This document shows positions 18,155-28,731 of a stretch of DNA of 49,179 nucleotides, one piece after another. The stretch comes from Tolypothrix carrinoi HA7290-LM1 (GTDB lineage Bacteria > Cyanobacteriota > Cyanobacteriia > Cyanobacteriales > Nostocaceae). The first letter of the stretch is position 1, and each line of letters starts with the position of its first letter. The DNA lies in contig JAHHIK010000064.1 of assembly GCA_019358935.1 (NCBI GenBank), forward strand, positions 1-49,179, given 5' to 3'. Under the pieces are notes generated by a model, which was not told where the DNA came from, did no database searches, and saw nothing but the letters and a program-made list of their open reading frames with translations. Made by a program: the position numbers and the translations under genes.

Positions 18155-21100
18155 CTACTTCGTCTCCATCCAATTCTCACCCGCACGCACATCTACAACT
18201 AACGGCACACTCAACTCTACGGCATTTTCCATCACCGACTTAATTTGCGGTTGCAATTCTGACCACTCACTGGGGAGAACTTCAAAAACTAATTCATCGT
18301 GAACTTGCAACAACAGACGCGATTGATAACTTTGCAAAACTTCATGCATTTTCACCATTGCAATTTTGATAATATCAGCACTGGAACCTTGAATTGGGGC
18401 GTTGGCAGCAGCACGTAAGAATCCGGCATCCGAAGCACCCAAATTACCCAGTTTTTTCAAGTCAATATCTTCTAGTTTGTTGCCTTTGTACTTGCGGATG
18501 CTATTGCTGGTAAAATCAAAATAACGACGCCGACCGAGAATTGTTTCGACATAATTTTGAGCGATCGCTTGTTTTTTCACACTCTCCAAATACTCAAAAA
18601 CTTTCGGATAGCGACTGTAAAAACGTTGAATAAACTCGTTAGCCAGCGTTTTATCTACACCAGTTGAACGCGAAAACCTCAAAGAACCCATCCCATAAAT
18701 CACGCCAAAATTAATCGTTTTCGCCAATCTTCTTTCATCTGATGTTATATCTTCTTTTTCAAACACCAACCGCGCTGTAACAGTGTGAATATCCTCATTT
18801 TGCTGATATGCTTGCACTAAAACTGGTTCTTGACTCAAATGCGCCAAAATTCTTAACTCAATTTGCGAATAATCAGCAGCCACCATTAACCAACCTGATT
18901 GTGGCACAAAAGCCTTACGAATCTGGCGACTAAAAGCAGTCCGAATCGGGATATTTTGCAAATTTGGATTAGAAGAAGATAACCTTCCTGTAGATGTCAC
19001 CGTTTGGTTAAAATCGGTATGTACCCGCTGAGTATCCGGACGTACCAATGTTGGCAGTGCATCTACATAAGTAGACTTTAATTTAGATAAAGTGCGATAC
19101 TCCATAATCGCATCAACAAAGCCCGTTTCATCTACTTCTTGCAGTTTTTCTAGTGTCGCTGCATCAGTAGAGTAACCTGTTTGAATTTTTCGGGAATACT
19201 TCGTACTTAACCCCAATTTATTTTCATCAAACAATATCTCACTTAATTTTTTCGGAGAACCCAAGTTAAATTTTTCTCCAGCTATCTCAAAAGCTTGTTC
19301 TTCCAACTTGGCTAAATCTGTTTCTAACTGTTCGGAAAGTTCTTTTAAATAATCTGTATTAATGCGGAAACCTGTGTATTCCATTTCCGCTAAAACTGGT
19401 TCTAGCGGTTGTTCAACTGACAGCAAAAGCTTATGTAATGTAGGAATTTTCTCTAATTCCTCTCGCAATTTTGGTACTAATCCGAATGTAGTATAAACAT
19501 CCATACCGCAATAATTTGCTACTGCGGGAATGTCAATATCAGCGATAGTTTTGCCTTTAGGAACTAATTCTAAGTAACTTTTTGCTGTCAAATCCAAATA
19601 TTTTTTAGACAAATCACCCAAATTATGGCTACCATCTGGATTCAACACATAACTTGCCAACATCGAGTCAAATACAACACCCGCCAATTTAATTCCTTGA
19701 CAGCGTAAAACTAAGCGGTCAAATTTTGCATTCTGCAACGCTTTGGGATAATCAGCACTTTCTAAAATTGGACGTAGTGCTTTTAGAGCAATTTCTTGAT
19801 TCAGATTATCCCCTGTTTTATGATTAAGAGGAATATAAGCTATTTCATCAAGTTTCGTTCCCCAGCAACAGCCAATTCCTACTAAAGAAGCATCACGAGG
19901 TTCTAAATCGCTGGTTTCAGTGTCCCAAGCAACCGGAGTCTCTATACTGGTAAATTTTTCTAAAAGCTTGACTAACTCGCTTAGTTTGGCTTCCGTGTCG
20001 ATGATGCGTGGTTGAATTGGGGAAGCAGATTGCTTTTGTACTGCTGCGGTATCCTCAGCAGTGAAAAACCACAAATCATTATCTTCGTTTGTGTGAATTT
20101 GTTTTGATGTTTCGGGTTTTGGTGCTTCTTCAATTGTCCCACCAAATTGTTGCTGAAGTTCGTTAATTTTGCCTAAAAAAGTCTTAAATTCTAACTTTTC
20201 TAAAAGTGGTGTGAGAACGCTGGTATCAAATCCGGTTAATTTACAATCTTCTAAATTAACTTCTATGGTAACATCAAGTTTTATACTTGCCAAAAAGCGA
20301 GAATGTTCGGCATTTTGTTTACCAGCTTCGAGTTTTTTCTGAGTTGCTTCTTTAATTTCACCTAAAGAAGCATATATATTATCAAGAGTACCGTAGGTAT
20401 TTAGCAGTTGGACTGCTGTTTTGTCTCCGATTCCCTTAACACCGGGAATATTATCTGATGGATCGCCACAAAGAGCTTTATAATCGACAACTTGTGAGGG
20501 TAAAATGCCTAACTTTAGTTTAACTTGTTCTGGTTTAAATTCGGTGATAGTACTTGTAGAGCGCTTTAAGGCATCTGGACTAAAATATAAAACAGTAATT
20601 TCTTTATCTAAATCGATGAGTTGATATAAATCGCGATCGCCTGTAAGAATTTTCACTCTATACCCAGCGGCAGTTGCTTTTTGTGCTAAAGTTCCCAATA
20701 CATCATCTGCTTCATAACCTGGTGCGGTGAAAATTGGCAGATTGAAGCCATTAAGTAATTCGTGCAGATTTTTCAAGTCAGGAACAAAGTCTTCTGGTGT
20801 TCCCGGGCGATCGGCTTTATAAGTATCGTCAGCTTCGTGACGAAAGGTTGGTAAACCCAAATCAAAAGCAACAGCCATCGCTTGTGGGTGTTCGGTTCCC
20901 ATTACTTCCAGCAAGGACTTGAGAAAGCCAAAACATACACTGGTGGGAATCCCCGTTTTTGTACGCAGTCCCCCGTCTCGTCCTTTGGCGAAAGCGAAGT
21001 AAGAACGAAAAGCGAGGGAGTGTCCATCTACTAAGATGAATGTGGGGCGTGTCGCGTTTGTAGAATCGGAAGTCAACTGATTTGAAGGTGTTTGAGACAT
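18155..21100 (-). CDS. polA: DNA polymerase I
   Basis: 5'-3' exonuclease (DGHSLAFRSY, EADD), 3'-5' exonuclease (DTET), TGRLSSSNPNLQNIP, DYSQIELR, QVHDEL. Confidence 0.98.
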   Translation of the reverse strand: MSQTPSNQLTSDSTNATRPTFILVDGHSLAFRSYFAFAKGRDGGLRTKTGIPTSVCFGFLKSLLEVMGTEHPQAMAVAFDLGLPTFRHEADDTYKADRPGTPEDFVPDLKNLHELLNGFNLPIFTAPGYEADDVLGTLAQKATAAGYRVKILTGDRDLYQLIDLDKEITVLYFSPDALKRSTSTITEFKPEQVKLKLGILPSQVVDYKALCGDPSDNIPGVKGIGDKTAVQLLNTYGTLDNIYASLGEIKEATQKKLEAGKQNAEHSRFLASIKLDVTIEVNLEDCKLTGFDTSVLTPLLEKLEFKTFLGKINELQQQFGGTIEEAPKPETSKQIHTNEDNDLWFFTAEDTAAVQKQSASPIQPRIIDTEAKLSELVKLLEKFTSIETPVAWDTETSDLEPRDASLVGIGCCWGTKLDEIAYIPLNHKTGDNLNQEIALKALRPILESADYPKALQNAKFDRLVLRCQGIKLAGVVFDSMLASYVLNPDGSHNLGDLSKKYLDLTAKSYLELVPKGKTIADIDIPAVANYCGMDVYTTFGLVPKLREELEKIPTLHKLLLSVEQPLEPVLAEMEYTGFRINTDYLKELSEQLETDLAKLEEQAFEIAGEKFNLGSPKKLSEILFDENKLGLSTKYSRKIQTGYSTDAATLEKLQEVDETGFVDAIMEYRTLSKLKSTYVDALPTLVRPDTQRVHTDFNQTVTSTGRLSSSNPNLQNIPIRTAFSRQIRKAFVPQSGWLMVAADYSQIELRILAHLSQEPVLVQAYQQNEDIHTVTARLVFEKEDITSDERRLAKTINFGVIYGMGSLRFSRSTGVDKTLANEFIQRFYSRYPKVFEYLESVKKQAIAQNYVETILGRRRYFDFTSNSIRKYKGNKLEDIDLKKLGNLGASDAGFLRAAANAPIQGSSADIIKIAMVKMHEVLQSYQSRLLLQVHDELVFEVLPSEWSELQPQIKSVMENAVELSVPLVVDVRAGENWMETK

Positions 21101-21167
21101 AGCCCTATTTTAGCTAGTTGCTTCGGTTTGCTCAAGTCTGGAAGCGCCACGCCGTTGCGATAGATAC

Positions 21168-21317
21168 AGGACTTACGCAGAATGATGAAGAAACGAACCG
21201 CCCAACGGGAGAGCCAGTCCCCCATCGTGACGGAAACCGCGCCCGTCGGGGGCTGGACTCACAGAGGCGCCGAGAACGCAGAAGTTGAGAGTTCGAGAGG
21301 TATTTTGCGTAAGTCCT
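21168..21317. mobile_element. MITE (150 bp) with AGGACTTACGCA TIRs containing a GC-rich hairpin insert
   Basis: Perfect 12-bp inverted repeats at 21168-21179 and 21306-21317; internal hairpin element at about 21209-21262. Confidence 0.75.
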
Positions 21318-23007
21318 AAGATATAAATCTTGTAGAGATGTAGAAGTGCTATGTCTCTATTTGTTGTCGTAAAAGCTGAATAATGAATTCAGTACCCTGT
21401 CCTGGCACAGAGACGCAATCAATAGAACCACCATGTTTTTCTACGACAATAGCCTTTGCGATCGCCAGTCCTAATCCCGTTCCTTTACCGACAGCTTTCG
21501 TAGTAAATAAGTGGTCAAAAATCTTTTGTTTGACTGATTCGGTCATCCCCTGACCATTATCAGCAATGGTAATTTTCACGCCTTCATTTTCTACTGAGGT
21601 TGTAATTGTAATTCGGTTAGGATTAGCTTTAATTTCTGCAAAACTCCGACCTGTATTTGATTCCTCCAACGCATCAATAGCATTTGCCAGAATATTCATA
21701 AATACCTGATTTAATTGCCCAGGAAAACACTCAAATTGAGGCAAATTGCCATAGTTGGTAATCACTTCAATTGCTGGACGTTGTTCGTTAGCTTTCAGGC
21801 GATGTTTGAGAATTAAAATCGTACTGTCGATACCTTCGTGGATGTTAAATGGTACTTTGTAATCTTTATCAGCGCGGGAGAAAGTTCTTAAACTAGTACT
21901 AATGTTGTGGAGGCGATCGCAAGCCATCACCATTGAATCAATTATCTTGGGTAAGTCTTCTAAGCTATAATCCAAGTCAATTTCTTCGGCATGGTCGATA
22001 ATTTCATCACCTGGATTGGGTAAACTTTCTTGATATAGTTTCAAGTGTTCGACAATATCAGCAAGAGTGGGTTTAGCTTGTTTGAGACTGGCATAAATAA
22101 AGCCCAAAGGATTATTCATTTCATGTGCCACCCCTGCAACTAAGTTACCCAGTGCAGACATTTTCTCACTTTGGACAATTTGTAGTTGTGCCTGTTGTAA
22201 ATCTTGTAGAGCTTTTTCCAATTCTTGGGATTTCTGGATAACAGCGGCTTCGGCTTGTTTGCGTTCTGTGACATCTAACAATAAGCCATCCCAAATAATT
22301 GAGCCATCAGCTTGTTTAATCGGACGGGATGCAGCTTGAATCCATTTTAACTGACCCGAAGGAGTGATAATTCGTCCAGAGTATCGCCAAGGCTCCAAGG
22401 TTTGAGCAGAAACGGTAACAGACTCTTGATAACGTGCCATGTCCTCTGGATGAGTCAAAGACCTCAAGCTACTAGCATCAGCTACCGCTTGCTCTGGTGA
22501 GATTCCGTAAATTTCATAACAACCAGTACTAGCGTAGTTGAATCTGGGTAGACCATCTGGTGAAAGCTGAAATTGATAAATCATCCCCGGAGCATTTTCC
22601 GCAAGGCGTTGGAAGCGGGCTTCGCTGTAGTGTAGATTAGTGTACAGTCGAGCATTTTCTAGAGATATCGCGGCTTGAGTACAAAGTAAGTTAATTATGC
22701 TGAGGCGATCGCGAGTAAATACCCCACTTGTCAGTTGATTTTCTAAATACAGAATCCCTACTAAATGCCCTTGATTAATAATCGGAGTACAAAATACACT
22801 TTGGGGTTGATGTTGCAACATATATTCCCCAATTAAACCAGGGATATCTGTTTTGCAATTATCTATCACAACTGTTTGTTGGGTATTTTTGACGTAATTG
22901 ATAATTTTTACGGGAATATCTTGACAATTGAAGAGTGATTGTGGTTCGAGGATAGTTTGTATTTCCTCATGCTCAATCAAGGTAATTGCTCGTATTTGCC
23001 AAGTATG

Positions 23008-23079
23008 AACGGACACCTGCCTCTCCTGACGGAGACGCTGCGCGAACGACGGGGGGAACTTCCGCACAGCAGTGTCCTC
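23008..23079 (-). mobile_element. 48-bp hairpin element containing a 24-bp element (23023-23046)
   Basis: 72-bp in-frame insert EDTAVRKFPPSFAQRLRQERQVSV between LPQE and HTWQ. Confidence 0.8.
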
Positions 23080-25288
23080 TTCTTGGGGAAGCAGCAGTAC
23101 AGCTTTTTTCGCGCCGGAGTTTTCGAGGATAATGCGGGTGAGGCTGGCAATGAGTTGATCTAATTCTAGAGAACTGGAGATAGCAATAGCTGCTTTTAGT
23201 ACGCTTGTAAAATCCAGAACATCGAAAAGACTGGTGCTGCAAGTGCTATTCGTGCAAGTAGATGAGGAAGTGCCACGAAAGCTAATAGTTTCGTCGTGTT
23301 TGAGGGTAAGTCGTTGCTGTTCTAGAATCGGTTTGAGAAGTTGGGGATAGCGTTTTTCTAAGTCCGAGGTTTTGGCTAAAGCGCCCCAGCGGGTATAGCA
23401 ATAGTAGGCTTCATGTATATAATCTGCGGCGACTTTTTTTTTGCCCCAGTCGAGGTAGAATTTGGCTGCTAGTTCGTTGGCGATCGCTTCTTCATAGCCA
23501 TGCTAGCAATTTCAGCTAGAGACAGATGCATTAATGCTACATAAAACACGCTGGAAGGGACTTTGGCATGACTGGAAATGGTGTTTTCAATTATGCTCAG
23601 TTGGGGAATTAAATCCGGATATGCGGCTTTGTGGTCAAATAAATAAGCATGACGAATTTTGACAGAATACAACCAAGCCAGATGATAAGGGGTATTGCTA
23701 TATTTTTGTAAATACTCAGCTTCACTGAAACTCTCGTCATCAAAGCTGAAGGGGGTTTTTGTTAAACCAAGAAGATTGCGAATTGGTTGAATAACTCCGA
23801 CTATTAAAGCATCTAAATTCTCTAAACTTTTGATGTTACGGAGAAAATCTGCATTTTGTTGGGCGATCGCATATAGTTCATCGAGATTTTTACCATAGGT
23901 GAGGCGATCGGAACCACTTTGCATCATCATAAAGCCAACGGTCAGCCAGTTCCCTGCTTCCATGCCATACTTGCAGGTGTTGTCGTAGTATGTATCTGCT
24001 TCTCTAATTGGACGACTCCAGCTATGCACATCGGCAGCAAAGAGAAAATTAGTCATTCCCCGGACATCTGCATTATCAAACTGTTCGCAAAGCTGCACTG
24101 CCATTTCTCCAAACTGATAAGCGATCGCAGAGTTTTTTAGCATCGCATTGGCAATTAAGCCATAGCCGACATAGCCAAAGGGGGACATATCGCTGTTACC
24201 ATACTGCAAACACAAAGTAGTCATCTTGGCAAGTCCAAGCAATGCTAAAGTCAGTTGACCATCAAGCCATGCAGCATAAAAGAGAATTTGTAAAATTCGC
24301 AACATCTCTGCAATACTGGCATCTGACATTTTGGGAAAATTGAGAATCGATTCAACAGTCTGCTGCTTTAAAAATCTGTTAACTATGGCAATTTCTTCGT
24401 CCAGACTTTGTTGAATCAGTTCTTGTTCTCTGGGCATTTCCCAGCCAAGTAGTTGTAAACTCTGACTGAGAATGGCGATCGCTTCCGCATTGCGTCCCTG
24501 AAGCTGATATTGAGTCATCTGCACGCGATAAATCACCGCTTTGTCTAAGGGTGTTTGAGCATGGCTAAGTGCTTTGCCATAAAGGACTTCGGCTTGGTCA
24601 AAATTACCACACAGATAAGCTGCTTCTGAGCCATATCGGTGCAAACTGTACATTAATTCATAGTCAGTCTGCCAAGCGGTTGCGGGTAATAAATCAATCC
24701 CAGTAGTATAATAGCTCTGGGATGCTTGATAAGCTGCCGAGAGTTTTGCTTTTTGTCCTGCTTGCAGGTTTAAGCCAGCCAGTTGTTTTTTCTGCTCATC
24801 GATGGCGATCGCAGCTTGTCCCAGATTCAGTTGGTTTACTAGGTCAAAAATCCGTTCTTGTTGTTCCTGCTGAGATAACCCTTGCAATAACAATTGACCA
24901 ATTATCAAATGTGTCTTTTGTTTTTGAGCTGACGGTATCAAGGAATAAGCTGCTTGTTGGACGCGATCGTGCAGAAATTTATATCCAATAATTTCCGAAT
25001 TTTCTTGAGTAACAGCTTGATTTTCTGACCCAACAAAAAACTTATAAACCTCACTTTGGGGTAAAATCAAATCGTCCTGTAAGGCACTCCACAAACAAGC
25101 AGCCGTTTCTATTTTTGATTGTTTAGAAACATTAGCGATTGTTTCTAAATCAAACTGATTCCCGATACACGCAGCTAATTTTAAAACACTTTGAGTTGAT
25201 TCTGGCAACTTTTGTAATTGCAATGTCATGAATTCTACAACATCATTTGTGAGCGATCGCTGATTTATTTGCGTGATATCACATTGCC

Positions 25289-25378
25289 ACCCCCCTTCAC
25301 TTCCCACGCCACTTCTCTCAACGGGGGGAACCCCCGCACGAGAGTGGCTCCCCGAACTTCGGGGGGACAGAGGGGGGT
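25289..25378. mobile_element. 45-bp element (25306-25350) nested in a C/G-tract palindrome
   Basis: In-frame insert YPPLSPRSSGSHSRAGVPPVERSGVGSEGG; removing the 45-mer restores CCCCCCGAACTTCGGGGGG. Confidence 0.8.
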
Positions 25379-25628
25379 AGTTAAATTCAATTAATCCATC
25401 TTGATGTAATGCTTTGAGAAACTGTGTAGCGAAAAACGGATTCCCTTGAGTTTTCTGAGATACAAGTTGAGAAAGAGGCAATGCAGAATTCTCTGTACAT
25501 TTAAGTGTGTCAGCAACTAACTGATTCACTTGCCCTTGACTCAGTGGTGCTAAAGTAATCGTATTAATCGTGGTTGCTGTTTTTTGGATATCACTCAAAG
25601 TCAACATCAAAGGATGTGCTGAATTTAT

Positions 25629-25742
25629 GAGGCACTGCGTTGGTGAGGCAGCGCGGTCATGTTCGTTACCCCCATGAGCGACTGCCGAAAGGGTTTCCCG
25701 GCTTGTTCGCGCAGCGTCTCCGTAAGGAGAAGCAAGTGCCGT
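25629..25742 (+). mobile_element. Nested cluster of 45 + 45 + 24 bp elements
   Basis: 114-bp in-frame insert between RDNE and INSAHP; parses as 16+[45]+16+[24]+13. Confidence 0.85.
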
Positions 25743-26524
25743 TTCGTTATCACGATACGCACCAATTAATAAAAGATGATTTGTATCAGCCATTAATAAC
25801 TGTATTAAATTCAGCGATGCCGAATCTGCCCATTGCAAATCATCTAAAAACATCACTAATGGATGTTCAGCACTAGTAAAGACTTGGGTAAACTTTTGGA
25901 ATAATAAATTAAATCTATTTTGTGCCGCAGTTCCTGATAATTCTGGAGCTGGTGGTTGGATACCAATAATTCTTGATAATTCGGGGATGACTTCAATAAT
26001 TACCTGTCCGTTCTCACCTACAGCTGATAAAATCTTGCTTTTCCATTTTTGGATTTGTGCATCGTTTTCTGTTAACAATTGCCCGATTAAATCCCGGAAT
26101 GCTTGCACAAATGCCGAAAAGGGAATATTTCGTTGAAATTGGTCATACTTCCCTTTAATAAAATAACCGCGTTGACGCACAATCGGTTTATGAACTTCGT
26201 TGACAACCGCAGTTTTACCAATACCCGAAAAACCAGCTACCAGCATCATTTGTGTTGCACTCTGGCTAACTCTTTCAAATGCTTGCAGTAGAATTTCTAC
26301 TTCTGTTTCTCGTCCATAAAGTTTGTCGGGGATAATAAAGCGATCGCACACATCCCGTTGTGCAATTGGGAAACTCTCTATTTTACCAGTTTCTTGAAGT
26401 TGATACAAACAAGTTTCTAAATCAAATTTCAGTCCTAATGCGCTCTGATAGCGGTCTTCAGCATTTTTTGCCATCAATTTTCTGACAATATCTGACAACA
26501 CTTGCGGAATCTCTTCACTTTTGA

Positions 26525-26659
26525 ACGCCAGTTGCTTCAAGTCGGCAGAGCCGACGGCAGGTGCTACAACGGGGGGAACCCCACGCCAGTCGCCTCAACG
26601 GAGGGAACCTCCGCACAGCGCTGGCTCCGCAACGCACTGCCTCCCCAACACACTGGCTC
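26525..26659 (-). mobile_element. Triple-nested 45-bp elements within a TCAAAAG heptamer run
   Basis: 135 bp parses on + as 29+29+[45]+16+16. Confidence 0.88.
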
Positions 26660-27591
26660 CTTTTAACTTTTGACTTTTGACTTCCCGAAGGGATGGTGGA
26701 AGTTTTGCAATATGACAATGTACCAACTCCATCGGATCGTTTGATTGAAATGGTAATTCTCCCGTCAATATTTCGTAAAAAGTGGCACCAAGAGAATAAA
26801 AATCAGTCCGGTAGTCAATCCCCCGATTCATCCTTCCCGTTTGTTCTGGGGAAATATAAGCGAGTGTCCCTTCTAACACATTTGGACTAATTAGGGTTTG
26901 AGTTTCTCTTGGCAGCAGAGATGCAATACTAAAGTCAATTAATTTAACTTGTTTGGTTAGAGGATTAATTAAAATATTGCTCGGTTTAATATCTTTATGA
27001 ATAATGCGCGATCGGTAGAGAATATCTAAAGTATTACAAAGGGCGATCGCAATCTGCAAAAACTCTTGACCAGACGCGATATATCGCGTCTCTACATTGG
27101 TAAAATAATCTTTTAGAGAAATCCCCCCAAAGTCTTCCATCACCAGCGCATAGCCATTTTGATAGGGTTCTAAGCTGTAAGTTTGGATGATTAGGGGTGA
27201 GTTGAGATTTTTGGCAATGGTATACTGATTGCGAAACTGCACCAGTTCGCTGAAACTAGGATAAGGATTTTTCAGTAGTTTAATCACCACTGGTAACGAG
27301 TCAGTTTCTCGATATCCCCGATAAACTACGGTTCTAGAACCGTTGTACAGTTGTTCGCTGACTTGATATCCGGGAATACTCACTCTTATATTAGCCATGT
27401 TATTTAATCGTTGAGGCTTCCGGATTTAGTATTCCCTGATGCGCGAATAAATTTCAAACCAACGTCAAAATATTTACACACCAATTCTCATTTGAAAACG
27501 AGTTTGCGTCATCTGAGGATTCGCGACGTTTGTTAATAATTATCAACTCTCCTGCTAATCTCTAACTGTGACTTCAAAACTTAGGAAATTT

Positions 27592-28440
27592 ATGCATAAA
27601 GCATCTGCCACTAACTTAGCGGCAACAGACATTAAACTACTAGTTGTAGATATAGATGGTACGATCGCCGGCGAATCTAACAACCTCACCTCAAAAGTTC
27701 TTCAAGCGATCGCTGCGGTAAAAGCAAAGAAAATCAAAGTAGCAATAGCTACTGGTCGCATGTATCGTTCTGCCTTGCGTTTCCACCAACAACTTAACTC
27801 TACCCTGCCATTATTAGCTTATCAGGGAGCCTGGATTCAAGATCCAATTACGCAAAAAATTCATCGCCATTTAACTGTTTCTAGAGAAATGGCAGAAAAA
27901 CTACTAGATTATTTTGAACAACCAGAACTGCGATCGCTTTTATCTGTTCACTTCTACATCAACGATGAATTGTATGTGCGCGAATTAACAAGAGAAACTG
28001 AAATTTATGCCGAACGTTCTGGTATTGTCCCCATAGTTGTGGGTGACTTGCGTACCTCTTTAAGCAATGAACCGACAAAGATTTTAGCTTTATGCGATGA
28101 CATAGATATTATCAAAGATTTGCTGGGGAATTTGCGATCGCTTTACACCCCCGCTGAATTGTATCTCACTACATCTGTGGCGACTTTTTTTGAAGCGACT
28201 AATCCTTTAGTCAACAAAGGAACTGCTGTACGTTACCTAGCTGAAGAAATGCTAGGATTACAAAGAACTAACGTCATGACTATTGGCGATAACTTCAATG
28301 ATTTGGAAATGCTAGAATACGCTGGTATTGGTGTAGCGATGGGGAATGCACCAGCAGAAGTTCAAGCGATCGCGACTTGGGTAGCTCCTAGCGTCGAACA
28401 AGATGGAGCTGCCACAGCAATTGAAAAGTTTTTGCTGTAA
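27592..28440 (+). CDS. Cof-type HAD-IIB hydrolase
   Basis: DIDGT, ATGR, NKG and GDNFNDLEML...AMGNA motifs. Confidence 0.92.
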   Translation: MHKASATNLAATDIKLLVVDIDGTIAGESNNLTSKVLQAIAAVKAKKIKVAIATGRMYRSALRFHQQLNSTLPLLAYQGAWIQDPITQKIHRHLTVSREMAEKLLDYFEQPELRSLLSVHFYINDELYVRELTRETEIYAERSGIVPIVVGDLRTSLSNEPTKILALCDDIDIIKDLLGNLRSLYTPAELYLTTSVATFFEATNPLVNKGTAVRYLAEEMLGLQRTNVMTIGDNFNDLEMLEYAGIGVAMGNAPAEVQAIATWVAPSVEQDGAATAIEKFLL

Positions 28441-28487
28441 ACGTTAGTTATTCGTTATTATTAATAACTAATAACGAATAACTAACC

Positions 28488-28561
28488 AAAAAATCAGAAA
28501 GGACACCGACGACTGGCCGTGTTTCGTCTCGGTGCCCTTGCTGGTTCGCTCCTCACACACC
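28488..28561 (-). ncRNA. yfr2: Yfr2-family small RNA
   Basis: Minus strand begins GTGTGTGAGGAG (complementary to the Yfr1 CTCCTCACAC motif); hairpin GGGCACCGA..GAAACACGG..TCGGTGTCCT then a T-rich tail; TATATT -10-like box just upstream. Confidence 0.75.
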
Positions 28562-28623
28562 AGATAATATAGCCTGAGATATTCTAATAGTCAATATCTG
28601 TTACAAAACTTTTTAATTTTTCC

Positions 28624-28717
28624 AGGAATGAGCGCAAAACATAACTCAAGTAGCGATAATTCATGAATTATCGCGCTCGGTAGAATAACGCTTTCAAGTT
28701 TTTGTTGCGTAAGTCCT
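28624..28717. mobile_element. Degenerate MITE of the AGGACTTACGCA type
   Basis: Intact right TIR TGCGTAAGTCCT (28706-28717), degenerate left end AGGAATGAGCGCA, central palindrome GCGATAATTCATGAATTATCGC. Confidence 0.5.
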
Positions 28718-28731
28718 ATTTTCCTTTAGAC

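Larger units (their letters stand above)
21349..27398 (-). pseudogene. Ser/Thr kinase - AAA/STAND ATPase - TPR-like - GAF - PAS - histidine kinase multidomain gene, fragmented
   Basis: HKDIKPSN and IDFSIAS kinase motifs; GFSGIGKT and FLDDLQWAD; HEMNNPL and NILANAID. One in-frame TGA at 26595-26597 inside an inserted element; frameshifting deletion near 23500 (LAEIAS joined to GYEEAIANELAAKFY in another frame). Confidence 0.88.

Noticed and set aside
23434..23442. Poly-A9 tract (coding strand) as the frameshift or phase-variation site
   Set aside because: Nine bases keep the GKKKV frame; the real break is about 60 bp upstream in the gene, near 23500
26595..26597. Programmed TGA readthrough or selenocysteine restoring the kinase
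   Set aside because: The stop lies within an inserted repeat, and an independent frameshift near 23500 would still break the gene
26525..26659. 45-bp elements as group II intron domain V remnants (GAGCC start, bulged hairpin)
   Set aside because: The AGC triad is not conserved (AGG in many copies), there is no GNRA loop, and length and bulge geometry differ
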